Below, in pieces: positions 8,775-18,068 of a stretch of 64,000 nucleotides of DNA; the first letter of the stretch is position 1; each line of letters opens with the position of its first letter. Made by a program: the position numbers and the translations under genes. The notes under the pieces were generated by a model. The model did not search any database and was not told the DNA's origin. It worked only from the letters and a program-made list of their open reading frames with translations. Source of the stretch: Bacillota bacterium (lineage in GTDB: Bacteria > Bacillota > Sulfobacillia > Sulfobacillales > JAIMBI01); NCBI GenBank assembly GCA_021846505.1, contig JAJZWV010000002.1, positions 46,163-110,162 on the forward strand, read 5' to 3'.

Positions 8775-10820
8775 TTAGCGAGCCGGCAGTCGCCGGGGCC
8801 AAAACGCCCGCGGCCCCATCAAGGTGACGAGGGCCGGCACCACAAACGTGCGCACGACCAGCGTGTCCAGCAGCACGGCCGACGACAGCCCAATGGCCAA
8901 GGTTTGCAGCACTTCGAATGGGCTCACCACCAGCCCCGCGACCACCGCCACCATGATGAGGCCCGCCCCGGTGATGAGGCCGCCGGTGGTGGCCACCGCG
9001 CGGCGAGCGGCCTGGCGGGCGGTGGCGCCGCCGGCCAGCTGCTCCTGAATGCGGTGCAGCAAAATCACCTGATAGTCCATCGACAGCCCAAACAGCATGA
9101 CAAACACCAGCGGCACCACCGCCAGGTTCAGTGGAGCCGCCGCGATGCCGAAGGCTCCCCGCTGGATGATCGACACCAGCACCCCCGCCGTCGCCGCCAT
9201 CACCAGCACGTTGATGCCGATGCCCACCGCTGCCTGCAGCACCGAGCCGGTGGCGGCCCACAGCACCGCCAGCGCCACCAGCAGAACCGCCCCGGCGACC
9301 CAAGGCAGGCGCCCCGCCAAGTAGCGGTCGAACCCCTGCATCACCGCGGCCGCGCCGCCCACGCGGGACATTACCCCGTGCACCCGGGCGAGGCGCACCC
9401 GCATCGCATCCAGAAGCGTCGCCGTGCGGGCCGCGTCAGGCCCAGTGCGTGCCGTCACAAACAGATCCACCTGGTGGGGCCCCGCCACGAAGGCGGACAG
9501 CGCGCCGCCAGGCCGCGCCGCCAGCGCGGCCAAGGTACGCGGCGAGCCCGATCCCGTGGGCGAAGACACCGCCGCCACGTCGGGCAGCTGCTGGAGTGCG
9601 GCGGCCACGTGCCCCACCGTCAGCCAGGTGGCCGCGGTGGCCGTGGTCTCCGGCAGGGAAAGCGCCACCACGATGGGCGCCACCGAGCCCGCCCCCTCCA
9701 CCCGCTGCACCAATGCCTGAGCTTCCGCCAGCGCGCTGTGGGTGGGCAGCATGCGCGCTACATTGGCGGGAATGTTGGCCGACAGCGCTGGCGCCGGCAG
9801 GGCGAGGATCACCAGCACCCCAAGGCCCAGCCCCAGTGCCCACCCCGGGAACGCCGTGGCCCAGTCCGCGAGCCGCCCCCACAGCGCCCAGGCGGGCAGG
9901 GCCCAGCGGATTTGCCCTCGATGAATGCGGCGGCCCAGCAGCCGGAGCAGCGCCGGCAGCAGTGTATGTGTCACCAGCAGCACGGCCGCAACCGCGAGCG
10001 CACCTCCGAGCGCCATGCCCGTCCAATACGCCGTGCCTCCCAGCATCAGGGAGGCGAGGGCCAGTGACACCGCGATGCCGGAGTACAGCACGGACCGGCC
10101 TCCGGTAGCCATGGCCACGGCCAGCGCCTCGTCCACGGAGGCGTCGGCGGTCAGCTCCGCCCGGAATCGGCTGCTGACAAACAGGGCGTAATCTACGCCC
10201 ACTCCCAGCGCCAGAAACGTGACAACTTGCAGGAGATACACGGACAGCGGCACGTAGCGCTCCACCACTGACACCACCGCCAGCGTTAGCAGCGTCCCCG
10301 CGCCCGCCGTCAGCAGCGGCAGCAGGGCTGGCCACAGCGCCCCAAACACCAGCACCAGCAAAAGTCCCAGGGCCGGCAGCGCCACGGCGGTGCTGCTGGC
10401 AAACGCCCGGAGAGCCTCTCCGCTCACCGCATGGCTTTCGGCCGACGCATCGACGGCGGTGAGGCGCCCCCCGGCCGCACGCACCGCCCGTGCCAATCGC
10501 GCCGCCGCGGCCTGGGGCGCGCCCGGCAGCACCACGCTGCCGGCCACGCCCCCGTCTCTGACGCCAGCAGCCATTCCTGCCTGCCGCGCCAGCGCACGCA
10601 CGCGCGCGGCGGGCAGCCCCCGCACCAGCATCGCCGGTGCCGACGGCGGCCGCCGCAAGTGCGCGGTGGTGGCGTCCGCCGCCTGGGCCGCGCTGTGTGG
10701 CGCAGCGAAGCCCCCCGCGCTCAGATGGCTGGCCACGCGGGGCACCAGCGGCAGCGCGGCCAGCAGCACCACTGCCCACAGCAGGAGCGTCACCCACGGC
10801 CGACGGGCAGCCAGGCGCAT
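8775..10820 (-). CDS. MMPL-family (RND superfamily) membrane transporter
   Basis: 681 aa with two 6-TM bundles and the MMPL signature GVDYALFVSSRFRAEL, repeated as GLSMDYQVILLHRIQE. Confidence 0.9.
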   Translation of the reverse strand: MRLAARRPWVTLLLWAVVLLAALPLVPRVASHLSAGGFAAPHSAAQAADATTAHLRRPPSAPAMLVRGLPAARVRALARQAGMAAGVRDGGVAGSVVLPGAPQAAAARLARAVRAAGGRLTAVDASAESHAVSGEALRAFASSTAVALPALGLLLVLVFGALWPALLPLLTAGAGTLLTLAVVSVVERYVPLSVYLLQVVTFLALGVGVDYALFVSSRFRAELTADASVDEALAVAMATGGRSVLYSGIAVSLALASLMLGGTAYWTGMALGGALAVAAVLLVTHTLLPALLRLLGRRIHRGQIRWALPAWALWGRLADWATAFPGWALGLGLGVLVILALPAPALSANIPANVARMLPTHSALAEAQALVQRVEGAGSVAPIVVALSLPETTATAATWLTVGHVAAALQQLPDVAAVSSPTGSGSPRTLAALAARPGGALSAFVAGPHQVDLFVTARTGPDAARTATLLDAMRVRLARVHGVMSRVGGAAAVMQGFDRYLAGRLPWVAGAVLLVALAVLWAATGSVLQAAVGIGINVLVMAATAGVLVSIIQRGAFGIAAAPLNLAVVPLVFVMLFGLSMDYQVILLHRIQEQLAGGATARQAARRAVATTGGLITGAGLIMVAVVAGLVVSPFEVLQTLAIGLSSAVLLDTLVVRTFVVPALVTLMGPRAFWPRRLPAR

Positions 10821-10979
10821 GGGCCACCTCCCTTCTCGATGATGGCCGGCATCGGGACGCCTTGTCAGGTCATGCTATCATGCTGGCGATCGGCGGCGGA
10901 TGGACAAGTTCAGTGCCAAAGCCAGGGCAGCCGGAGAGTGCGGCCCCTCGCCGCCGCTCACACTAGCGGCGGGGGGTCG

Positions 10980-12458
10980 ATGCACATGCCAGAGGGGACC
11001 GAAGCACGCGCCGCCACGGACGCGGGAGTGGTTGTGGGCAGTGCGGTCGCAGGGCTGCGTGTGTGGCGCGGCATTCCCTATGCCCGCCCCCCGCTCGGGC
11101 CAGACCGCTTCCGGCCCCCGGCGCCGCCCCGGCCGTGGGCCGGCAGCCGGCGCGCCGACCAGTTTGGCCCCGTGGCGCCACAGGTGGCCACGCACCCCCT
11201 GCTGGCCGAAGAGGGCCCTCAAAGTGAAGACTGCCTGACGGTCAATATTTGGGCACCGGCCGCCGCCGGGCCCCACCCGGTGCTGGTGTGGATTCATGGC
11301 GGCGCCCTGGTGACGGGCAGCGGGCGGCGCGCCACCTATGACGGCACCTCCTTTGCCGCGCATGGCGTGGTGCTGGTGACGCTGAACTATCGGCTGGGCC
11401 CCCTGGGCTTTCTCTACCTGGATGCGGTGGGCGGCGCCGCGTTCGAGGGATCGGGCAACGTCGGCCTGCTGGATCAGGTGGCCGCGCTCGAATGGGTGCA
11501 GCGCAACATTGCGGCGTTTGGCGGCGACCCCGACCGCGTGACGGTGGCCGGAGAATCGGCCGGCGCCTTGTCCATCGCCACGCTGATGGCCATGCCGGCA
11601 GCGCGTGGGCTGTTTCACCAAGCCATCCTGGAAAGCTTCATCCCCGTGCACCGCGACCGGGACCAGGCGGCCCGGGACACCGAGGAGCTTTTGGGCCAGC
11701 TGCATCTAGCTGGGGACCCCGTCGGGGGGCTCCAGCGCCTGCCGGTGCAGGACTTGCTGGCCGCGTATCAGCGGGGCGTCGCCTGGCCCACCGTCGATGG
11801 CGCCACGCTGCTCGCGCCGCTGTGGGAGGCCGTGGCCAGCGGCCGAATCGCCACAGTGCCGATGCTCATCGGGTCCAACCGGGACGAAATCCGCCTCTGG
11901 GGCGGGTTGGACCCCCAGTGGCACACGGAGGACGCCAGCGCCCTGCTGGCGCTGTTCGAGCGGACGTGGGGGCCGCTGTCCCCCGAGGAGCGAGCCCGAT
12001 ACGTCGCGGGGAAGGCCGGGCCGGATCTGTTTGATGCCCTAATGCATGCAGGCACGGTGCGCGCGTTTCAGTTCCCGGCGCAGCGGCTGGCGGCCGCTGC
12101 CTCCCGGCAAGCGCCCACCTGGGCCTATCGCTTTGACTGGCCCAGCACGGCCTTCGACGGCCGCTTGAAAGCCAGCCACGCGATGGAGCTGCCGTTTGTG
12201 TTCAACACGTGGGAGGTGCCGGGCACGGAGCTGCTAACCGGTGCGGGCGCGGACCGCCCAAAGCTCGCGCGCCAGATGCACCAGGCCTGGGTGGCCTTTG
12301 CCACCCGGGGCGACCCCAACACACCCGAGCTGCCGCCGTGGCCTGCCTACGAGGAGGAGCGGCGGTCCACGATGCTGTTTGGGTCCAAGAGCCGGGTAGT
12401 GGAGGACCCCGATGCGCCTGACCGCGAGCTGCAGGAGCAGCTCCTGAGGCGGCGCTAG
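10980..12458 (+). CDS. Type-B carboxylesterase (para-nitrobenzyl-esterase-like)
   Basis: IPYARPPLG, EDCLTVNIW, VWIHGGA and the nucleophile elbow GESAGA. The start was moved to the ATG at 10980; the upstream part of the 675-aa ORF is antisense to the MMPL gene. Confidence 0.9.
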   Translation: MHMPEGTEARAATDAGVVVGSAVAGLRVWRGIPYARPPLGPDRFRPPAPPRPWAGSRRADQFGPVAPQVATHPLLAEEGPQSEDCLTVNIWAPAAAGPHPVLVWIHGGALVTGSGRRATYDGTSFAAHGVVLVTLNYRLGPLGFLYLDAVGGAAFEGSGNVGLLDQVAALEWVQRNIAAFGGDPDRVTVAGESAGALSIATLMAMPAARGLFHQAILESFIPVHRDRDQAARDTEELLGQLHLAGDPVGGLQRLPVQDLLAAYQRGVAWPTVDGATLLAPLWEAVASGRIATVPMLIGSNRDEIRLWGGLDPQWHTEDASALLALFERTWGPLSPEERARYVAGKAGPDLFDALMHAGTVRAFQFPAQRLAAAASRQAPTWAYRFDWPSTAFDGRLKASHAMELPFVFNTWEVPGTELLTGAGADRPKLARQMHQAWVAFATRGDPNTPELPPWPAYEEERRSTMLFGSKSRVVEDPDAPDRELQEQLLRRR

Positions 12459-12495
12459 CGGAGGGGCCGGCCACCCACGCGAGCCGCCCCCTCCG

Positions 12496-12845
12496 CTAGT
12501 AGCCGCGGCGAATGAGCGGCCGCCCCTGGGCATCCAGCATCGACCCGGTGGCAATGAGGATGACGTCAATGAGCCACCAAACGCCAAATCCCCCCAGCGT
12601 GAATAGCTTTAGGAGGCCGGTGCCGATTTTTCCTAGATAGAAGCGGTCACCCCGAGCGAGCCCAGAAAGACTGACAGCAGCAGCGCCACCAGCCAATCAC
12701 GGCCCGGCGGCGCGAGATAGCTGGGCGGCATGGCCACCGCCATGCCGCAGTGGGGGCATGCCGGCGCGTCCAGCGGCATCGACTGCCCACAGTGGCGGCA
12801 GAACACTTGGGGTCCGGTATGGGTAGGGTCGGTTGGGTTGCTCAC
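12496..12845 (-). pseudogene. Zinc-ribbon + TM2-domain membrane protein interrupted by a 1-nt frameshift
   Basis: ORF 12633..12845 (CRHCG...CPHCG, DWLVALLLSVFLGSLGV) and ORF 12496..12696 (RFYLGKIGTGLLKLFTLGGFGVWWLIDVILI) together make one TM2 domain. The frames switch at about 12650-12660, where GGG GTG ACC GCT TCT ATC TAG is read in place of the expected GTG xAC CGC TTC TAT. Confidence 0.75.
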
Positions 12846-13029
12846 GTTCCTCCCCTTTTCGTGACGCCCTGCGTTTCGGATCGCCGAGCGCCGAGCTCGC
12901 TTCGACCCAGCGATTCATCCGCACTGCTGCCGCTGCGGCACAGCGGCGCCGCCCGCTGATGATATCGGGTCCACCATGCGACTGGCAACCAATTAGCGCC
13001 GCTTCGTGGCCAGGCCTGAATCCGGAAGC

Positions 13030-13314
13030 TCACAGGCGCCGTTCGCCGCCGCCAGCCGGATAGCCGGCCGGAGTTGGGTGGGCCAGCGCAGCCCCCGCCC
13101 ACACTCCCGCCACGCCGAGCCCAGTAGAGACCAGCCCGACAGCGATGGCGGCGATCTCCGGCCGCGCGCTCCACAGCAGCAGCGCGGCCAGGGGCGGCAC
13201 CAGCAGGGGCGAGAGCGTCAAGGCCGCCGCCCCCAACAGCACCGCCACGCCGAAAAGCCACCAGAGCACCCGCGCCGGGCGCTGATCCCGCATGGGCAAA
13301 TCCAGCGGAGGCAT
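13030..13314 (-). CDS. Small membrane protein downstream of the ECF sigma factor (possible anti-sigma; start uncertain)
   Basis: Hydrophobic segments VLWWLFGVAVLLGAAALTLSPLLV and IAAIAVGLVSTGLGVAGVWAGAAL. The frame is open up to the sigma stop, and in-frame GTG codons upstream of the ATG at 13314 could serve as the start. Confidence 0.4.
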   Translation of the reverse strand: MPPLDLPMRDQRPARVLWWLFGVAVLLGAAALTLSPLLVPPLAALLLWSARPEIAAIAVGLVSTGLGVAGVWAGAALAHPTPAGYPAGGGERRL

Positions 13315-13408
13315 AGGCGGCACGTCTGCCGGCAGGTGCGCCACCAGGCGGTCAATCGGGTCCAGGGGCACCAGATCCCGCGGTGCCTGCCGCTGCCTCG
13401 CGGGCCTC

Positions 13409-13966
13409 TCACTCGCAATCGGGCACCACCTTTCTCGGAGCCGATCCTCTGCCGGGCGCCCCCGTGCCCAGGTCGCGCCGGAGGCTCTGCCGCGCGCGGT
13501 GGACCCAATTGCGCAGCGTGCTGGGCCGGCACGACAAGGCGCGGGCCGTCTCTTCATACGTCAAGCCCTCGCGCGCCACCAGCAGCAGCGCCACTCGCCA
13601 CAGCGGCGGCAAGTTGGCCACCGCCTGCGCGACTGAGGCCCAGTGCTCATGCTCAACCACCACCTCTTCTGCGGAGGGCCCCCCCTCCTCGGACCAGTTT
13701 TCGCAAAGATCGGCACGATGGCGGCGGCGCTCATTGCGGGCGAGGTTGAATCCAATGGACACAATCCAGGTTTCCACCCGGCTGTCCCCGCGAAAGGACG
13801 GCAGGCGCCGCCAGGCTTGGAGCAAAGCCTCCTGGGCTAAATCCTCGGTGGCCTCCCGATCCCCCACATACGGCAGCAAACTTCGGTACAGCAGCGGCCA
13901 CACACCGTCGGCCAGCTGCCGAAAGGCGTCGGCTTCGCCCGCCTGAGCTCGCTGCCAAAGCTCCAT
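13409..13966 (-). CDS. ECF-type sigma-70 factor
   Basis: Region 2 (EDLAQEALLQAWRRL) and region 4 (LWRVALLLVAREGLTYEETARALSCRPSTLRNWVHRAR). The start is set at the ATG at 13966 (MELWQRAQAGE). Confidence 0.9.
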   Translation of the reverse strand: MELWQRAQAGEADAFRQLADGVWPLLYRSLLPYVGDREATEDLAQEALLQAWRRLPSFRGDSRVETWIVSIGFNLARNERRRHRADLCENWSEEGGPSAEEVVVEHEHWASVAQAVANLPPLWRVALLLVAREGLTYEETARALSCRPSTLRNWVHRARQSLRRDLGTGAPGRGSAPRKVVPDCE

Positions 13967-14139
13967 GTCTGCCGCCTTCCCGGGCGCCGCACTTGTGTGC
14001 CTGCCGCCACTGATCATAAGACACCAAGGCGCGCCAGGTATTTCAGGTCCCGCTCCTTTAATTTTCCGGGGGTGAAACGCCGGCTCCCCTCGGCACACCT
14101 ATCACTGGATGGGCAGTGCCACGAGGGAGGCGGCTTCAC

Positions 14140-15066
14140 ATGGGATCCCGAAAAGCACTGGGGACGGTGGCGCTTGCCCTGGCCGCGGCAGTGCTGGCGG
14201 CCGGCGTGCTCCTGCTGGGCAGCATCCGGTGGACGGGCTTGGGTGTCCAGATCGCGCCGCACACGCTGGCGCCGTCCATCGCGGGGCCGCCCCACACCGT
14301 CCGCCAGTCGACGGCGGTGGCCCCCGGCGCGCTCATCACGGTGGTGGCGCCCGTCGGCAGCGTCACGGTGGCGACCACGCGCTCCAGCCACCGCGTCAGC
14401 GCCACGGCCCGCCTGTATGGCGGCCAGCGGCTGTCGCTCCGCCCGGCGGCCGCCGGAGGCGGGCTGGCCATCACGCTGCAGATGCCGGGTGCCAGCCAGC
14501 AAAACTGCCTGATGTTCTGCGGCCTGAACCTGCCCGGCTCGCCGGGCAGTGCGGGAGAGGGCAGTCACCTGTGGATCCGCGTGCCCGCTGGCGTGCAGGT
14601 GGATGTCCGGGTGGCGGTCGGCACGCTTTCGGTGTCTGGCCAGTACGCGCGGTTCTCCGCCGACAGTCAGCTGGGGTCCATCACCGCCAGCCACATCACG
14701 GCCCCCGTCCTGAGCCTCACGGATCAGGCGGGCACCCTCGCGGTCACCGACGCCAGCGCCGCGCAGCAGCTGACACTGTCCGCGCAGGCCGGCACCATCC
14801 GCTATCAGGGGACCCTGGGCCGCACGGCCGTGATCACGGACCAAGCCGGGTCCATTCGGCTGCAGGTGGAGCCGCTCCACCTGACCGACGCCACCGTCAC
14901 CGTGACCGCGCGCCAACTCACCAGCGGCTTTCCCGGCCTGTCCGGCGGCGGCTTTGGCACGCATCAGGGGCAAATCGGGCACGGCCCTCCGGGCGGGGTG
15001 CTGACGGTCACCGCCCAAGTGGGAGCAGTGACCATCGGGCCCTGGGCGGGGGCACCTCCCGGATAA
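14140..15066 (+). CDS. Membrane-anchored DUF4097-like (putative adhesin / LiaF-C-like) beta-repeat protein
   Basis: N-terminal TM followed by repetitive strands (VGSVTVAT, VGTLSVSG, LGSITASH, AGTLAVTD, AGTIRYQG, AGSIRLQV, VGAVTIG). RBS GGGAGG lies before the ATG at 14140. Confidence 0.75.
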   Translation: MGSRKALGTVALALAAAVLAAGVLLLGSIRWTGLGVQIAPHTLAPSIAGPPHTVRQSTAVAPGALITVVAPVGSVTVATTRSSHRVSATARLYGGQRLSLRPAAAGGGLAITLQMPGASQQNCLMFCGLNLPGSPGSAGEGSHLWIRVPAGVQVDVRVAVGTLSVSGQYARFSADSQLGSITASHITAPVLSLTDQAGTLAVTDASAAQQLTLSAQAGTIRYQGTLGRTAVITDQAGSIRLQVEPLHLTDATVTVTARQLTSGFPGLSGGGFGTHQGQIGHGPPGGVLTVTAQVGAVTIGPWAGAPPG

Positions 15067-15122
15067 AAGGTTCCGGAAGCCAAGCAGGCGGGCAGAAAGC
15101 GGACAGAAAGAAGGTGGCGTGC

Positions 15123-15656
15123 ATGGGATTCGTGCCCGGGGCCGTGGCAGCGGCCTTCGCGCTGCAGATTGCTGTGGTGCTGGGCATCTTGGCGCTCATT
15201 GGCCTGGCGATTTACCTCCGCCATCGGGAGCGCATGATGAGCTGGGCCGCGAGCCGGGTGCCGCTCGCCGCGACCGCACCGCCAGCGCCTCCGGCGGCGC
15301 CCGCCGCGCTGGAGGGCGCCCTCACGCTCATCGGCGTGGGCCTGGCGCTGGTGTTGGGGCTCCTGACTCTTGGAGTCGGCGTGTGGCTCCTGGCCGGCCT
15401 CATGGTGCTGTTTATCGGGCTGGTGCGGTTTGGCCTGATTGCCTTTGGACTCGAGCCGGCCGGCCCCCTGTCGGTGCCCGCTCCCATTTTGCTCCGCCGG
15501 GGCCTCTACACCACCGCCATCGGCCTGGCGCTGCTGCTTGGGCTCCTGACGCTCGGCTTCGGCGTGTGGATCCTGGGCGGCCTCATTCCCGGCTGCATCG
15601 GGCTGGCCCAGCTGGCCGCCGTATGGCTGAGCCAGCGCGGCTGGATGCCCGGCTAG
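15123..15656 (+). CDS. Polytopic membrane protein with an internal duplication
   Basis: 177 aa and very hydrophobic. RBS GAAGGTGG lies before the ATG at 15123. No family was recognised. Confidence 0.7.
   Translation: MGFVPGAVAAAFALQIAVVLGILALIGLAIYLRHRERMMSWAASRVPLAATAPPAPPAAPAALEGALTLIGVGLALVLGLLTLGVGVWLLAGLMVLFIGLVRFGLIAFGLEPAGPLSVPAPILLRRGLYTTAIGLALLLGLLTLGFGVWILGGLIPGCIGLAQLAAVWLSQRGWMPG
15349..15591 (+). repeat. In-frame intragenic tandem duplication (two about 66-nt copies, 177 nt apart)
   Basis: GGCCTGGCGCTG...GGGCTCCTGAC...GGCGTGTGG...CTGG.CGGCCTCAT occurs at 15349-15414 and again at 15526-15591. The encoded segments are GLALVLGLLTLGVGVWLLAGL and GLALLLGLLTLGFGVWILGGL. Confidence 0.7.
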
Positions 15657-16418
15657 CGGCACTGGGGGGCGGCCGACACGCCGGAACACGGCGCGGCGAC
15701 CGTTGTGCGTGGGCGGATCGGAGGACACGGCCCTCGGCGTGCTCGACGAGGTGATTCACCCGGTTCATGCGCCAAGATCCATGGGCCCCTTTTCCACCGC
15801 GCTGCCCTATGGCCCATCCCAACCGTGTTGCCGCTCAGCCGCGCTCTGGCGGCCTCTCCCGTGAAGGGCGGCCGCTGACTTTCTGTTGGATAGTCCAGGG
15901 CAACATCAATGCCCTCAGCCGTTAAGGCATTCATGGCCCCGATCTATTCGGTGGCGGCGGTGGCCGTGGGGATGGGGGTCGCCACGATCCAGGGCCGCTT
16001 TTCCCATGAAGGGACGGTCATGCCCTTGCCCCCTGCCGCGACCGATGCGGGCGCCAATCGCTGGATGGCCCACCACCTCGCCCCGGCGTCGGATCGCGAC
16101 AGCGCCGGGGGGTCGGTGCTCGTGAGGCCGCCTCACTCCTCGGGCTCCCTCCATGCCGCCGCTTCATCGCTTTCGTGGCGGGACGCTCCCTGCCCGCCAT
16201 GATAGGGGCGCCGGCGGTGAAACTCGCCCCGCATCAGCGCTTCGCGCTCGAGGCAGACTCCGCGCCGTGTCTGTCGAGTGTTCCGATGTGTCGCCCACGG
16301 TCACACGTGGACGGCCGGGCACGCGTCCGCCACCTTTCAGGCGTGGCCCACCGCACGTGTCCCCTCCGGCTCGCCGCAATTCCCGGCTGGCTAGCCAGCG
16401 GCGCCGGCGCCTTGCAGG

Positions 16419-17453
16419 TCAGCCGGTCACGTGCACGGTGATGACGGCCGGAGCGGTGAAGCCCGACGTGGCGGCGGCCGGCACGATGGCAAACCGATAC
16501 GTGCCCGGGGCACTAACCTTATAGGACCACAAGCTCACCGTGTCCGCCGCGTCCAGCGGCACCTGCCCCGCGGGCACGCTGCTGCCAAATGAGCCGCCGT
16601 ACAGGCCCAGCCGCCCGCTGTTCACGAGGCTCGCCGTGGACCCATTGGCCGGCCAAAACACCAGCGTCGTGCCAGCCGCCACGGACAGGGCGGGCGTGGC
16701 CGTCTGGACGCCGCGCGCGCCGGCGGCAAACAGCACGCGCTGTCCCCGTATCTGCTTCAGGAGCGCGGTGCACGACAGGCGAGACACCCGAGCCCGGCCC
16801 TGGGTTTGGGTAGCGGAAACCGCGCTGCACACGTTTTGGCTGACCAGCAGTCCCCGCGCGGTGCGGGTGATGGTCCCGTCCATCATCTGCTGGCCGCTGG
16901 TGGTGGCCGCCCACAGCGTCTTGGGCGGGGCCCCCGGCGGCACCCACACCATGAGGCCGTCATTCCAAACATCGCTGGCTCCCAGCGACGCGGGCGACAG
17001 CAATCCCACCAGCACCCCCTGCGCCGACCGCCGCATGGCCCAGGCAGAGAGCGGCGGCATTACTGGATGGCCCGGCTCCACCCCGCGCTGCACCGCCAGC
17101 GTGGGCGAGTTCCACACGATGTGCCAGTGCCGCGTGTGCGCATCCCAGGCCGCCAGGGCCACATTGAGGGCCCCCACGAGGCCGGATGGCGTGGCCGGCG
17201 GGCTCGCCGCCACCACCAACTCTTCCGGCGGATGGCCTGGAAAGCGCACGGCGGCCGTCTTCACGACGCTCTGCCGCTGGGGCAGCAGCTGGCGCAGCAC
17301 CGCTGCGGACGGGAGGGAAACGCGCCGCGCCGGCACCGGCCGGGCCTGCGGAGTGCTGCCGCACCCGGCCGCCAGTGCGGCCAGCGCGACCGCGGCCGCC
17401 CCGAACGCCCTCGCGCACTTCGCTCGCCCGCGGAACAGCGACTGGGCCTTCAC
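16419..17453 (-). CDS. Lipoprotein of unknown function
   Basis: Lipobox LAALAAGCGS follows a basic N-terminus. The start was moved to GTG at 17453, and the coding frame has strong GC3. The upstream part of the 483-aa ORF is low complexity. Confidence 0.7.
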   Translation of the reverse strand: MKAQSLFRGRAKCARAFGAAAVALAALAAGCGSTPQARPVPARRVSLPSAAVLRQLLPQRQSVVKTAAVRFPGHPPEELVVAASPPATPSGLVGALNVALAAWDAHTRHWHIVWNSPTLAVQRGVEPGHPVMPPLSAWAMRRSAQGVLVGLLSPASLGASDVWNDGLMVWVPPGAPPKTLWAATTSGQQMMDGTITRTARGLLVSQNVCSAVSATQTQGRARVSRLSCTALLKQIRGQRVLFAAGARGVQTATPALSVAAGTTLVFWPANGSTASLVNSGRLGLYGGSFGSSVPAGQVPLDAADTVSLWSYKVSAPGTYRFAIVPAAATSGFTAPAVITVHVTG

Positions 17454-17723
17454 GACATCCACCACTCCGATCGCCGATCGATCCGACCGAATTTGCTCAG
17501 CAGCCGACCGAGCACGCTGGTTGGGTCCCACCTCACACAACGTGGCGCGGCCGTGCAGAGTTGCATGGCTCGGGACCGAGGCGGGCCCTGGCGCGGGCAG
17601 CCGGCTGGGGCTCCCCCCCTGCCACGGCGTCGGCCGCGCCAGCGATTCGCCCGCAGGGCCAGGCAGGAGGTGGGCGCGCGATGCCGAACCCTGTCGCGGA
17701 CTGACGACGCGGAGGTGAGGGAG

Positions 17724-18068
17724 ATGGCGACCCTGACGCGCGAAGGAGATACGCTGTGGCTCAACCTGTCGGCGGCCGAAAAGGTGGAGGGACTGCACGG
17801 CGACCTCAGTGCCCCGGTGGACCAGGTGCAGTCGGCGGAGGTGCTGGACGACGCCATTCACGCGGTCCATGGCCTAAAACTGCCGGGCTCACGGCTCCCG
17901 GGGGTCTTCGCCATGGGCACGTTTGTCGCCGGCGAGGGCCGCACGTTTGCCATCGTGCACCACCACCCCCGAAGTGGGGTGGCCATCACCTTCGCGAGCG
18001 GCCCCTATGTCCGCTGGATCGTGAGCACCGAAGATCCCCGCGCCCTGCTGGCGGCGCTGGGCCTGTAG
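17724..18068 (+). CDS. Small hypothetical protein (bacterial PH-like fold suspected)
   Basis: Very strong RBS GGAGGTGAGGGAG lies before the ATG at 17724. The 114-aa product is non-repetitive (TLWLNLSAAEKVEGLHGDL ... VRWIVSTEDPRALLAAL). Confidence 0.6.
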   Translation: MATLTREGDTLWLNLSAAEKVEGLHGDLSAPVDQVQSAEVLDDAIHAVHGLKLPGSRLPGVFAMGTFVAGEGRTFAIVHHHPRSGVAITFASGPYVRWIVSTEDPRALLAALGL

